This document shows positions 19,879-30,064 of a stretch of 64,000 nucleotides of DNA, piece after piece. The notes beneath the pieces were generated by a model. It was not told where the DNA came from, ran no database searches, and was given only the letters and a program-made list of their open reading frames with translations. The stretch lies in the NCBI GenBank assembly GCA_020634565.1, contig JACKBN010000020.1, positions 885 through 64,884 of the forward strand. Direction: 5' to 3'. The DNA is from Ardenticatenaceae bacterium (GTDB lineage Bacteria; Chloroflexota; Anaerolineae; Promineifilales; Promineifilaceae). Position 1 is the first letter of the stretch; every line of letters starts with the position of its first letter. The translations under genes were made by a program, and so were the position numbers.

Positions 19879-22005
19879 TTATTCTGGTGCCAGGGGTAGC
19901 GTGAAGTTAAACCGGGCACCGCCTGTTGGCGCATCATCGACCCAAATACGGCCGTTATGCGCTTCCACAGCTAAACGGCAAAAGGCCAAACCCAGTCCCA
20001 ATCCCTTGGCATTGCTGTCTTTGGACTGAATACGCTCGAACTTTTCAAAGATAGATTCTCTGAACTGCGGAGGAATCCCATGCCCTTGGTCGCTAATGGA
20101 TATCTGAAGGCGTTTGGCATCTACTTGCAACTCACCACTCAAGGTAATCGTCTGGTCTTCGGAACTGTACTTGAGAGCGTTATTAATCAAATTGACCAAA
20201 ACGCGCCGAATCATATCTTCTTCAGCATACACATGCGGTAAATCATCGGGCAGTGAGTTGGCGAAGTGAATACGCCGCTGCTCAAAGTTAGGCAGTTCAA
20301 TTTCGTACACTTCCTGAACCAGATTGTTGATGTTGACACGCACTTGTTCGGTAATCGGTTGGCCAGCTTCAAGTCGGTTAATATCCAACAAGGAGCGAAT
20401 GAGCGTTTCCAACCGACGGCTGCTCCGTCGAGCAATGTCCAACATGGCGTACAGCGGCGAATTGGCCGATTCTGGTGGAATTTCGTAAGCCAGCAGTTCC
20501 AGGCTGGAGATAACGTTGCCCAGCGGACTTTGCAAGTCATGGAACAACATGGCGGTTAAATCTTCCCGCATTTTTTCCAGCTCAACTTGTTCGGTAATGT
20601 CGTGGTGAATCCATTGCAGCAGTTGGTCATCTCCGTGAATGGTCCGTTTGGTGTAGACCTCCATCGGAATGGGGGAAGCGTTTTTAGCTCGAACTTTGCT
20701 TTGGAACATCAAAACTTTGTCTGAGCGGATTTTCTTGGCTTTGGGGAGTACGGCCGTATCCGGGTGTAAATCCTGAATCGACATGTGTAACAATTCGTTC
20801 CGTGTGTAACCCAGCAGATCCGACGACCGACGATTTGCTTCCACAACACGGCCGCGCATATCTGTCAAAATAATCGGGTCCACCGTATCCTGGAACAAGC
20901 TGTTGTAGTGCGTTTCAGCGGCCACAGTTCGGGCATACTGCTGGGCATTGGCAATAGCCGTGCTGGCAATATTGGCCAGATTAACCAGCACATCTAAATC
21001 TTCTTCCGTAAAGGTGCTGTCAATGGGATTGATCGCTTGAACGGTACCCAGCACCTCGCCTTTGAAGATCATGGGGGCGCAAATCATTCCCAATGTTTTG
21101 TAGCCGGTGCGTTCATCACCCAGGTTGTGAAAACGCGGGTCCATTCGCGTTTCAGCCACCAGAGCTGGTTCTGCGTGCTGCACCACCCAGCCAGATAAAC
21201 CTTGATTGCTGGGTAAGCGCAGCCCTACAATTTCCTTGGCGCCAATCCCCTCGGAAACTTGATATACCAATTCATTGGTCTGAACATCAACCAGCGCAAT
21301 GGAGATGGCTTCTGCATTGAGGAAATCATTCATTTGCGCCAGTAGAGATTGCATAATCTCGTTAATGTCGAGCGACGAGTTAATGACGCGGCTGGCTTCA
21401 TTGAGCAAGTCAGAAATTTTTAGCTGACGTTGTGAATCTTCATAAAGGCGTGCATTTTCAATACTGCTGGCTGCCTGGTTAGAGATAGCGGTAAGCAGAT
21501 TCAGATCACGGTCGTCAAATTGATTGATGCCCACTTTATGAATGGTAATGGTACCAATCACGCGATTTCTAACAGAAAATGGGGTGCAAATGACAGACCA
21601 GGAGGTGGTGCTGGTGATGTGCCCAGGTCGAGGCAGCCAGCGTTCGTCTGTTTGGGTATCGCTAATGATGCATGGTTCGTGGTTTCTGATCACCCAGCCA
21701 GCAACACCGCTGTCCATAATGGTTTCCAGGAACTCTTCAGACTGAGCAAAGTGAGCGTTTTCTCCCGTGAGCCAGGCATATTCCACTTTCTGTGCTTCAT
21801 TGACAACAATAATGCTGCCATCATTGGCTTCTAATTGCTGTACAGAAAGATTGAGGACCCTGGGAAGAATGAGATTAATGTTGAGACCATCAGCTTCCAC
21901 CTGCTTAAGCATGTCATTGACGACATAGAGGGTGTGCAGACGGTCGCTGTCTCTCAGCTCTGGGGTATATTCCGCGTCTTTAATAGAGTGTGCCATTGGA
22001 AACAT
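19879..22005 (-). CDS. Cytoplasmic sensor histidine kinase (GAF-GAF-PAS-HisKA-HATPase_c)
   Basis: 708 aa. The H-box reads LFHDLQSPLGNV, the N-box LINNALKYS, and the G-boxes DQGHGIP and GLGLGLAF. Confidence 0.85.
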   Translation of the reverse strand: MFPMAHSIKDAEYTPELRDSDRLHTLYVVNDMLKQVEADGLNINLILPRVLNLSVQQLEANDGSIIVVNEAQKVEYAWLTGENAHFAQSEEFLETIMDSGVAGWVIRNHEPCIISDTQTDERWLPRPGHITSTTSWSVICTPFSVRNRVIGTITIHKVGINQFDDRDLNLLTAISNQAASSIENARLYEDSQRQLKISDLLNEASRVINSSLDINEIMQSLLAQMNDFLNAEAISIALVDVQTNELVYQVSEGIGAKEIVGLRLPSNQGLSGWVVQHAEPALVAETRMDPRFHNLGDERTGYKTLGMICAPMIFKGEVLGTVQAINPIDSTFTEEDLDVLVNLANIASTAIANAQQYARTVAAETHYNSLFQDTVDPIILTDMRGRVVEANRRSSDLLGYTRNELLHMSIQDLHPDTAVLPKAKKIRSDKVLMFQSKVRAKNASPIPMEVYTKRTIHGDDQLLQWIHHDITEQVELEKMREDLTAMLFHDLQSPLGNVISSLELLAYEIPPESANSPLYAMLDIARRSSRRLETLIRSLLDINRLEAGQPITEQVRVNINNLVQEVYEIELPNFEQRRIHFANSLPDDLPHVYAEEDMIRRVLVNLINNALKYSSEDQTITLSGELQVDAKRLQISISDQGHGIPPQFRESIFEKFERIQSKDSNAKGLGLGLAFCRLAVEAHNGRIWVDDAPTGGARFNFTLPLAPE

Positions 22006-22147
22006 AATACCATGTTATTCGACGATATTTCTACTATCTGGTTTACAGTTAATAGTAATAATTTTTATTCAATCTGCCTGTAACCAGCTTAACTAATGAT
22101 ATGGTGCTGGGCGTTTTCGTTTGGTAGCCTATCTCGTGGGAGGATGT

Positions 22148-23161
22148 TTAGGTGAGCTGTAGGCTGGGAATGACGTCCAGATTTAAGGGATCCTGACGGC
22201 CGTTTACAAAATGCCAATGAGCCGCTGCTCCAATCATAGCAGCATTGTCAGTGCAGAGAATAGGAGGGGGGTAACGCACCGGAATGGTGAGCGTTTCAGA
22301 CATGGTGCGCCTGAGTTCTCGGTTGGCCGAGACACCACCCGCCAGATGCACGGCCGTTACGCCATGCGTTTCAGCCGCCCAGGCTGTCTTGGTAACCAAC
22401 GCCTCGATGACGGCCGTTTGGAAGCTGGCAGCTAAATCCTCTACCGGCAGTTTTTTCTTGTCAAAATGTTTGATTTGTCGGGAAACGGCCGTCTTCAAGC
22501 CGCTGAAACTAAAATTGTAGCCATCATCCATAACGGCCCGCGGAAATTTAAATGCGGTCGCATTGCCCGAGGGAGCCAGCTTGTCAATGGCCGGGCCACC
22601 GGGGAACGGCAAGCCCAAAACGCGTCCCACTTTGTCAAACGCCTCACCGGCGGCGTCGTCTAGCGTGCCACCCAGATGTTGGTACTGACCATGACCCGTC
22701 ATTAGATACAATTCTGTGTGTCCACCGCTTACAACCAACGTCAGTAGGGGAAATTCGATCTCATCTACCTGTTCGGTAAGCCAAAGCGAGTAAATGTGCC
22801 CCTCGATGTGGTTGATGCCCAAAAATGGTTTATTGCGCGCCACAGCCAATCCCTTGGCCATGTTTACGCCGACTAGTAGCGATCCCACCAAGCCGGGACC
22901 ACGGGTTACGGCAATGCAATCGATGTCATCCAGCCCCATGTGGGCCTCTTCCAAGGCTTGCTGCACCACGGCATGAATGACTTCTACATGTTTGCGCGAG
23001 GCAACTTCGGGAAAAACGCCACCAAATTGGGCGTGCAGGTCTACCTGGCTGGCAATGATGTTGCTGAGGATGGTACGGCCGTCTTCCACGACAGCCGCAG
23101 AGGTTTCATCGCACGAAGTCTCGATAGCCAAAATACGGCTGTGTTGATCTGTTTTGGTCAT
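22148..23161 (-). CDS. tsaD: tRNA N6-adenosine threonylcarbamoyltransferase TsaD
   Basis: 337 aa. Motifs are ILAIETSCDETSAAVV, GINHIEGHI and the SGGHT Kae1/TsaD signatures. Confidence 0.9.
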   Translation of the reverse strand: MTKTDQHSRILAIETSCDETSAAVVEDGRTILSNIIASQVDLHAQFGGVFPEVASRKHVEVIHAVVQQALEEAHMGLDDIDCIAVTRGPGLVGSLLVGVNMAKGLAVARNKPFLGINHIEGHIYSLWLTEQVDEIEFPLLTLVVSGGHTELYLMTGHGQYQHLGGTLDDAAGEAFDKVGRVLGLPFPGGPAIDKLAPSGNATAFKFPRAVMDDGYNFSFSGLKTAVSRQIKHFDKKKLPVEDLAASFQTAVIEALVTKTAWAAETHGVTAVHLAGGVSANRELRRTMSETLTIPVRYPPPILCTDNAAMIGAAAHWHFVNGRQDPLNLDVIPSLQLT

Positions 23162-23356
23162 AAATGTTGCTAGTAAACGTTTTGATCACTCTTAAACTGG
23201 TTTTGGCAGTTTAACATCAAAACGATAATTAAAATAAGAAGTTTAGCTTATGCGTGCAATTAGCAAAACTTTTCCGCAAGAGGTATGAAATGATGATTTT
23301 TGTTGAACGAAGTCAAAAAGATGGTTTGGTGTGATTCGCGCGAATTTGACTTCTAT

Positions 23357-24763
23357 CTACTGTCCAGTGTTACAGTTTACCAGCGATCGCAGTAATATTT
23401 CAACCTGTTCGGGCAAAATAGTACGAGGGTCTATTAAGAAACGGCCGTCTTGAATACGTCCAATCACCGGGATTTTCTCTTGGCGCAGGCGGGCTGCCAG
23501 CTGATCTGGATCATCATGATTGATGGCCACAACGCGGCTAGGAAGACTGGTGCCAGGTAAGCTGCCGCCGCCCACGGTGGAACGGCCGTCTACCACTTCT
23601 GCCTGAATCCCCTGTTCTTGCAACCGGGCTGCCCAGGTATCCGCCTCTGGTCCAATTTTGTCCAGCGGACGCGAAATCATGCGCCAGACGAGAATCTCCT
23701 CCAGCGCATTTTCGGTGAGGTAATGGGTGAGTGTAGCGGAGAGCCCTGCCAGACAAAGCTTGTCGGCGCGCACGGCGCGGGCCAGCGGATGTTTTTTGAG
23801 CCGCGCCACCAAATCCTGCCGCCCGACCAAGATGCCCGCCTGCGGCCCGCCTAACAGCTTGTCGCCACTGAAAGCCACCACATCGGCCCCCGCCGCCAGG
23901 CCATCAAGCACGGTCGGTTCTGGTTCCAGACCGTACGGACTGCTGTCTAGCAGGGCGCCGCTGCCCTGATCATACAGCAGGGGTAGGTTGTGTTCGTGGG
24001 CCAATTCAGCCAGTTCGGCCAATGTGGGTTCACTTGTGAAGCCGATGACTTTGTAGTTGGAGTGGTGAGCTACGAGCAGAGCGGCCGTGTTTTCCGTAAT
24101 TGCATTTTGGTAATCGCGCAGATGGGTGCGGTTGGTGGTGCCCACTTCTACTAATTTAGCGCCGGATTGGGCCATCACGTCGGGAATGCGGAAGCCGCCA
24201 CCAATTTCGACCAGTTGCCCCCGGCTGATGATCACTTCTTTGCCCTGACAGAGCGTGGTGAGCATGAGCAAAACGGCCGCTGCGTTATTGTTCACCACCA
24301 GCGCCGCCTCAGCGTCGGTGATGCGAGTAAGTAGCTGTTCCGCATGCACAGTGCGGGAACCGCGCTGGCCGCTGGGCAGATCATATTCCAAGGTGCTGTA
24401 CCCTTTGGCCGCATCTTCGATGGCCTGACGCGCGGCGGCGCTAAGCGGCGCACGCCCCAAATTGGTATGCACAATCACACCCGTGCCGTTGATGACGGGT
24501 TGCAGGGTGGGGGCAAGATAACTTTCCAGCCAGACACGGGCATCATCTACCAGCATGGCGTTCATCGGCGCGTAGCTGGCTTTGCCGCCGAGAATAGAGC
24601 TGCGAGCGGCCTCCAAACTTTGGCGCAAGCTTTCTACGGTGAGGGAACGGCCGTACGCCAGCATCATATCCACCGCCATCGCCGTATTCAACAAACGATC
24701 GACACTGGGGAGTTCACGCAGCAAGGTTTGTGTTTTTTCTTTGCTTGGGGATTGCTCTTTCAT
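23357..24763 (-). CDS. selA: L-seryl-tRNA(Sec) selenium transferase SelA
   Basis: 468 aa. Motifs are LRELPSVDRLL, NGTGVIVHTNLGRAPL and FSGDKLLGGPQAGI (the PLP lysine context). Confidence 0.85.
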   Translation of the reverse strand: MKEQSPSKEKTQTLLRELPSVDRLLNTAMAVDMMLAYGRSLTVESLRQSLEAARSSILGGKASYAPMNAMLVDDARVWLESYLAPTLQPVINGTGVIVHTNLGRAPLSAAARQAIEDAAKGYSTLEYDLPSGQRGSRTVHAEQLLTRITDAEAALVVNNNAAAVLLMLTTLCQGKEVIISRGQLVEIGGGFRIPDVMAQSGAKLVEVGTTNRTHLRDYQNAITENTAALLVAHHSNYKVIGFTSEPTLAELAELAHEHNLPLLYDQGSGALLDSSPYGLEPEPTVLDGLAAGADVVAFSGDKLLGGPQAGILVGRQDLVARLKKHPLARAVRADKLCLAGLSATLTHYLTENALEEILVWRMISRPLDKIGPEADTWAARLQEQGIQAEVVDGRSTVGGGSLPGTSLPSRVVAINHDDPDQLAARLRQEKIPVIGRIQDGRFLIDPRTILPEQVEILLRSLVNCNTGQ

Positions 24764-24765
24764 AA

Positions 24766-24836
24766 TCAGGTAATCGGTTATCGGTGAACGGTAATCGGTG
24801 TTTTTACGGATAACTGATAACCGATTACCGTTTACG
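24766..24836. repeat. Family B heptamer (CGGTAAT/ATTACCG) hairpin element in the selA upstream spacer
   Basis: A 14-bp perfect inverted repeat pairs 24769-24782 with 24816-24829, plus flanking heptamer units. Confidence 0.85.
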
Positions 24837-24838
24837 AG

Positions 24839-25393
24839 TTACTGCAAGTTCGCTTGTGCCGTGCGGCTGCGAATTTGTAGCAGGATTTCAAATAAAATAA
24901 GAACGGCCGCAACCAATAACGCGACCGCCAGTCCAAACGTGCGGTTCATTTGCAGCCAAAGGCAAAATGCCACCCAGATGCCCGCCGCCATCGCCTGGCG
25001 CAGCGCCACCATCAGCCGGGAAGATTCGATGCGACCAAAGCGGCGGTCTGTAAAAGCGGTAAAGCGGCGATTCAGCAGGTAGGAAATGGGCAGCGTGAGT
25101 CCGGTAACGGCCGTTAACACCGTCGCCAAAAAGACCAGAATAATTTCATAGTTGGCCGCCTCCAGCAGTGAGGCGGCGTCGGCGCGACCTTCAGCAGCGG
25201 CACGCACCAAATCCAGCCGGTTGATGTCGATAGGCCACCAATTGTTGATGACGTATTCCATCGCCAGCAGCCCCACGGCTATCAAAAGTACGCCTAAAAT
25301 GAGGGCGGAGATAAAGCCAAACCGATCTTTTCCTTCCATAAGGTCCATAAGGTTTATTATACCTTGTTTGTCGCTACTCAAAGATTGGGCCAA
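24839..25393 (-). CDS. Hypothetical membrane protein
   Basis: 184-aa ORF with four hydrophobic segments. I recognise no family. Confidence 0.4.
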   Translation of the reverse strand: MAQSLSSDKQGIINLMDLMEGKDRFGFISALILGVLLIAVGLLAMEYVINNWWPIDINRLDLVRAAAEGRADAASLLEAANYEIILVFLATVLTAVTGLTLPISYLLNRRFTAFTDRRFGRIESSRLMVALRQAMAAGIWVAFCLWLQMNRTFGLAVALLVAAVLILFEILLQIRSRTAQANLQ

Positions 25394-25424
25394 TTTGCTT
25401 AGTCGCGAACACTTCTTTCATAAA

Positions 25425-25853
25425 TTACGCAATTGGTTGTTGGAGCAATTCAAGCAGTGCCTGACCATACGCTTCGCTGGGATCAACGGCCGTAAACTGC
25501 ACTCTCTTCCCACCTAACGAAATTTCACAGGCATACGCTTCGTCTTGCCGCTGGAGCTGAAGGAAACGGCCGTTTCGCGCCGCCAACTCTTCCTCTAAAT
25601 TTTCCCGCAGCTGGCTTTCGGTGGGCATCCAGACCGCTTCATGCGTCAGCAAATAATCCATCGCCCACTCCGATGTGCCGTGGAACATCATCGCGGGCCA
25701 GCCGCGCAGCAGTTCCATTGTCACCATCATGTCTGAGAGTACAAAGATACGGCCGTCCATATCCCGATCAGGAATGGCAAAAAAATCATGCACCGAAGTG
25801 TGCCACACCAATCCAGCTTCTTTCAACTGCACTGCCAACGCTTGAGAAATCAT
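25425..25853 (-). CDS. Conserved hypothetical protein
   Basis: 142-aa ORF with good coding appearance (ALAVQLKEAGLVW...WMPTESQLRE). Function unknown. Confidence 0.4.
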   Translation of the reverse strand: MISQALAVQLKEAGLVWHTSVHDFFAIPDRDMDGRIFVLSDMMVTMELLRGWPAMMFHGTSEWAMDYLLTHEAVWMPTESQLRENLEEELAARNGRFLQLQRQDEAYACEISLGGKRVQFTAVDPSEAYGQALLELLQQPIA

Positions 25854-25892
25854 CCAGCTTCCTTTTTAACCTATCTTTTCTTACATGAATGA

Positions 25893-25963
25893 GGACACAG
25901 ATTTACACAGATGGACACGGATAAAAATAAAAAATCAGTGCAAATTTGTGTTTATCAGTGTCC
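25893..25963. repeat. Family D nonamer (CACAGATTT-type) element in the divergent spacer upstream of dnaE
   Basis: GGACACAGATTTACACAGATGGACACGGAT lies opposite CAAATTTGTGTTTATCAGTGTCC as imperfect inverted blocks. Confidence 0.65.
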
Positions 25964-26021
25964 CATCTTAAGCGAAAAAGCCCTTGCCAATAACCGCTCT
26001 CGAACATATGATCCAAAATGC

Positions 26022-29000
26022 ATGAACGAAACCTTCACCCATCTACGCGTCCATTCCCATTATACCCTGTTGGGCGCAACTGCCACTGTGGAGCAGCTGG
26101 TTGCCCGTGCCGCTAACCAGGCGCTGCCTGCGCTGGCCCTCACCGACGGCGCGGCGCTGTACGGCGCAGTTGCCTTCAACCGCGCCTGCCTCGCCGCTGG
26201 TATTCAGCCAGTGTTGGGTATGACCCTGCGCGTCACGCTGCCGGAAGCGATGAACTTGCCGGGGCCGGGCTGGGGCGAACTGGTGCTGCTGGCCAAAGAC
26301 TCGGTGGGCTATCGCTCATTGTGCGGCCTTTCTTCGCTGATGCAGGGCAGCGGACAGCGAGAGCAGATTTTGCGGCAGGGGCTGGATTGGGATGAATTAC
26401 GGCCGTTTACCCCCCATCTCATCGCCATCGACAGCGGCAAAACCGGCTGGCTGGCCCGACTGGTTGCTGCCGGACAACCTAAACTGGCCGCGCGGTATGC
26501 TTCTCGCCTGGCCGGGCTGTTCGAGTCAGATGGTTACCTGGGCGTCACGATTCAACAGCCCGCCGACGTGGCCCTGGCGCGGGAAGCCAGCAGCGTGGCG
26601 GCTCGATTTGGTTTGCAAGCGGCGGCGCTCCAGCCCATTTTTTGCCTGGAACCAGACGAAGCGCCCCGACTGCGCCTGCTGGCGGCGATTGACCAGAACT
26701 GCCATCTCACGGAGGTGCCTGCCGAATCACTGCCCGGTGGTGGTGGGGCCGATGCGGAGCTGCATTGGCTACCTGCCGAAACGGTAGCGGAACGATTTGC
26801 CGATCTGCCGGAAGCAGTGGCCACGGTAGGCAAAATTGTGGCCAAATGCGAACCGGCGCTGCCGGACGGCCGTCCCATCTGGCCCAAGCTGGATTTACCA
26901 GCGGAGCAGACGGTGGAGGATGCGCTGGCGGCAGCGGCGCAGGCTGGATTGCGCGAGAAATATGGCCCTTCCCCCGATTCTTCAATTTTTGCTCGGCTGG
27001 AAAAAGAAATCGCCTCCATCAATCGGTACGGTTTTGCCCCGCTCTTTTTGCTGGTGGCCGACATCACCCGCTTTGCCCGCGAAACGGCCGTACCCGTGAA
27101 CACGCGCGGCAGCGTGGCCAACTCGCTGGTGGCCTACTGCCTGGGCATCACCCAGGTGGACCCCATTGCCAACGAGCTGCTGTTTGAGCGGTTTCTTAAC
27201 CCGGCGCGGGCTAATTTGCCCGATATCGACCTTGATTTTTGCAGCCGCCGCCGGGACGAGGTGCTGAATTACGTGCGCGAAAAGTATGGCGAAGACCGCG
27301 TCGCCCTCGTGGCCACGATTAGCACCATGCAGCCCACATCGGCCGTGCGGGAGACGGCCAAAGCCCACGGTTTGCCCGAAGCGGAGATCAAGGCGCTGAC
27401 GGCGCTGCTGCCCCGTGGCTGGGCATCCCGCTCCGCGCCGCCGCAGCGAAAAACCGCTGGACGATGTGCGGGCCGAGGTGGAAGACGTGGCGCAGCATAA
27501 AGTTCTCGCCGATGCTTTTTCCCTCATCGGGCAGCCGCATCATCTGAGCATTCATCCCGGCGGCATCGTCATTTCGCCGGGGCCGATGACCGACTACGTG
27601 CCGGTGCAACTTGCCCCCAAAGGGTTTCTCATCACCCAATACGACCATCGGGACGTGGAGAAAATTGGCCTGCCCAAGATTGATTTGCTGGGCATCCGCG
27701 CCCTCACGGTGCTGGCGGACACGGCCGAAGCGATTCGCACCACGCTGGACCCTGCGTTTGATTTGCTAAACATACCGCCAGACGATGAGGAAACGGCCGT
27801 TCACCTGCAAACCGGCCAAACCATCGGTGTTTTTCAATGCGAAAGCTCCGGGGCGCGGCGCACGCTGCGGCAATTGAATGCTGCCAATCTGCGCGATTTG
27901 GCGGTGGCCAACGCTTTCTTCAAGCCAGGCCCAGCCACGGGCGGCATGGCCCAGGCCTTTGTGCGGCGCTATCGCGGCGAGGAGCAGGTCGCTTTTTTGC
28001 ATCCGGCGCTGGAACCCATTTTGGGCAGCACCCAGGGCGTCATGCTGTTTCAGGAGCAAGTTTTGCGTGTAGCCACTGAGATTGCGCATCTTAGTTGGGC
28101 TGAAGCGGATCATTTGCGGCGCGGTATGAGCAAATTCAAGGCGGATGAGATGGCGGCGATGCGACAGCGTTTTGTGCTGGGCTGCCAGGAGAAAAGTGAC
28201 TTTAGCAAAGAACAGGCAACCACGCTTTGGGATCAGGTGATGCCCTTTGCGGGCTATGGTTTTAATCAGGGGCACGCCACGGCTTATGCGGATGTTAGTT
28301 ATCGCTCGGCTTATTTGAAGGCGCATTATCCGGCGCAGTTTTTGTGCGCTCGGCTGCGCGATTATGGCGGCTTTCACCATCCGGCCATTTATATTGCTGA
28401 AGCGCAGCGGTTGGGCATTGGGGTGCGTCCGCCGCATGTGAATTTTAGCGGGCGCAAGTTTACGCTGACAACCGGCGAGCCATCCCCGATTTTGTGGATG
28501 GGGTTGGGGCAGGTGCGGGATTTGCGGCGGTCGGCGGTGCGGGCGATTGTGCAGGCGCGGGAGGAACGGCCGTTCACGAACCTCCACGATCTGCTTAGCC
28601 GGGTCGATCTGCAAAAGAAAGAAATCAGCCACCTGATCCAGTGTGGCGGATTGGATGGCCTGGGCGAAAGCCGCGCCGCGCTGCTGGCGGAGGCGGCGGA
28701 TGTGGCTCGGGCGGGCAGCGCGCACCAGTTGGGTTTTGATTTGGGCTTGAAAACCAAAATTGAGGCGGAAAGTTTAGCGGAGCGTTTGGCCTGGGAAACG
28801 GCCGTTCTTGGTTGGCCTGTTTCGGCTAGTCCGGTGGCAGTGGTGCAAGATCAGGCTGCGGATGATGTGCCGCTGCGCTATGTGCCTCGTTTGCGTAACC
28901 AAAAAACGACGGTGGCTGGGGTTCGCTTGCCGGGCTGGACAGGTGGACGCGGCTTCTATTTTGGCGATGGTGATAGTTTTGAAATTGTGCAGCTGCAAAA

Positions 29001-29121
29001 AACGGCCGTTGCCAAAAGCAAGATTAAAGCGTGGCTGCCAGCGCGCCTGACAGGGTATTGGCGGGAAGATGCCTGGGGCGGTGGGTGGTTCGAAGCGGTA
29101 GATGTTGCTATCCTCTTATAA
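26022..29121 (+). CDS. dnaE: DNA polymerase III alpha subunit family (DnaE) with one reading-frame break near 27400-27425
   Basis: ORFs 25911..27500 and 27415..29121 together read as one DnaE. The PHP domain is HLRVHSHYTLLGA...LALTD. The palm/fingers region reads DIDLDFCSRRRDEVLNYVREKYG, HPGGIVISPGPM, GLPKIDLLGIRALT and FQCESSGARR. The OB fold lies near the end (TVAGVRLPGWTGGRGFYFGDGDSFEIVQL). The likely true start is MNETFTHLRVH at 26022. The join LLPRGW/HPAPRRRSEKPLDD needs a 1-nt shift at the GGG run 27421-27423. Confidence 0.8.
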
Positions 29122-29206
29122 ACAACCCATAAAATTTGTGACTTGAATTCTATGTGGGGGTTCTAACTTGGGGACGCAAAATGGGCGTCATTTAATCTGG
29201 TAAATT

Positions 29207-29211
29207 GGAGG
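29207..29211 (+). promoter_or_regulatory. Shine-Dalgarno (GGAGG) for mscL
   Basis: GGAGG lies 10 nt upstream of ATG 29222. Confidence 0.55.
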
Positions 29212-29221
29212 AAAAAGGAAA

Positions 29222-29596
29222 ATGTTTAAAGAGTTTCGGGCGTTTATTGCCAAAGGAAATGTGCTGGATTTGGCCGTGGCGGTCATTATCGGTGGTGCGT
29301 TTGGCGCGATTGTGACTTCATTGGTTAATGACATTATCATGCCGTTAATCGGGGTGATTTTGGGAGGTGTTGATTTCACCTCATTGGCTATTCAAGCGGG
29401 CGATGCCAGTATCACTTACGGTAATTTCATTCAAGCCATTATCAATTTCTTGATTATCGCCTTTGTCATTTTCATGATTGTGCGGACGGCCGACAATATG
29501 AAAAAGAAAGAAGAGGCAGCCCCTGCACCGCCCGCCGGACCCACCACTGAAGAACTTCTGGTGCAAATTCGTGATTTGCTAAAAGAAAAGGCTTAG
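29222..29596 (+). CDS. mscL: Large-conductance mechanosensitive channel MscL
   Basis: 124 aa. The N-terminus [44 protein letters not shown] is canonical for MscL. Confidence 0.92.
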   Translation: MFKEFRAFIAKGNVLDLAVAVIIGGAFGAIVTSLVNDIIMPLIGVILGGVDFTSLAIQAGDASITYGNFIQAIINFLIIAFVIFMIVRTADNMKKKEEAAPAPPAGPTTEELLVQIRDLLKEKA

Positions 29597-29634
29597 CTTT
29601 TCGCTTCGTTCTTGTTTTGAAACCCCACACAGGC

Positions 29635-29672
29635 AAACGGCCGCTTCCAGTTTTAATTGGAAGCGGCCGTTT
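29635..29672. terminator. Bidirectional intrinsic terminator between convergent mscL and the receiver gene
   Basis: A perfect 15-bp stem pairs AAACGGCCGCTTCCA (29635-29649) with TGGAAGCGGCCGTTT (29658-29672) around an 8-nt loop. A T-rich run (TTTGCTTTT) follows on the plus strand. The arms contain one-mismatch variants of the iterated palindrome. Confidence 0.75.
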
Positions 29673-29677
29673 TGCTT

Positions 29678-30064
29678 TTACGCTGCCGGCGCCAACAGCC
29701 GTTCGATGAGGGCTGAAAACTCCATGACGTGCAGCGGTTTGGCCACAAAATAGTCACAGCCGTTGGCCAGCAAAAACGCTTCATCAAATTGAAACGCGTG
29801 GGCGGTTAAGGCTATCAGCGGCACATCGGGGCCAATGAGCTGGCGTAAGGGGAAAAGCAGTTGGCTGTGCGCTTCTTCGATGCTGTTGTCTGGCAGTAAA
29901 ATGTCAGTGAGTACGAGGTTGTACTGCTTGGTTTGAACAAGTTGCAGGGCAGAAACGGCCGTTGTTGCCCGATCCACCTCTAATCCCAAACGATTTAAAA
30001 TACGCTCCACCAGGCGGAAATTGTCATCATTGTCCTCGATGTACAGGATTTGCTGATTACTCAT
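29678..30064 (-). CDS. Single-domain response regulator (receiver only)
   Basis: I prefer the start MSNQQILYIEDNDDN at ATG 30064, which overlaps the kinase stop by 8 nt (ATGAGTAA). Receiver motifs are YIEDNDD, LVLTDILLPD and LTAHA. Confidence 0.8.
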   Translation of the reverse strand: MSNQQILYIEDNDDNFRLVERILNRLGLEVDRATTAVSALQLVQTKQYNLVLTDILLPDNSIEEAHSQLLFPLRQLIGPDVPLIALTAHAFQFDEAFLLANGCDYFVAKPLHVMEFSALIERLLAPAA

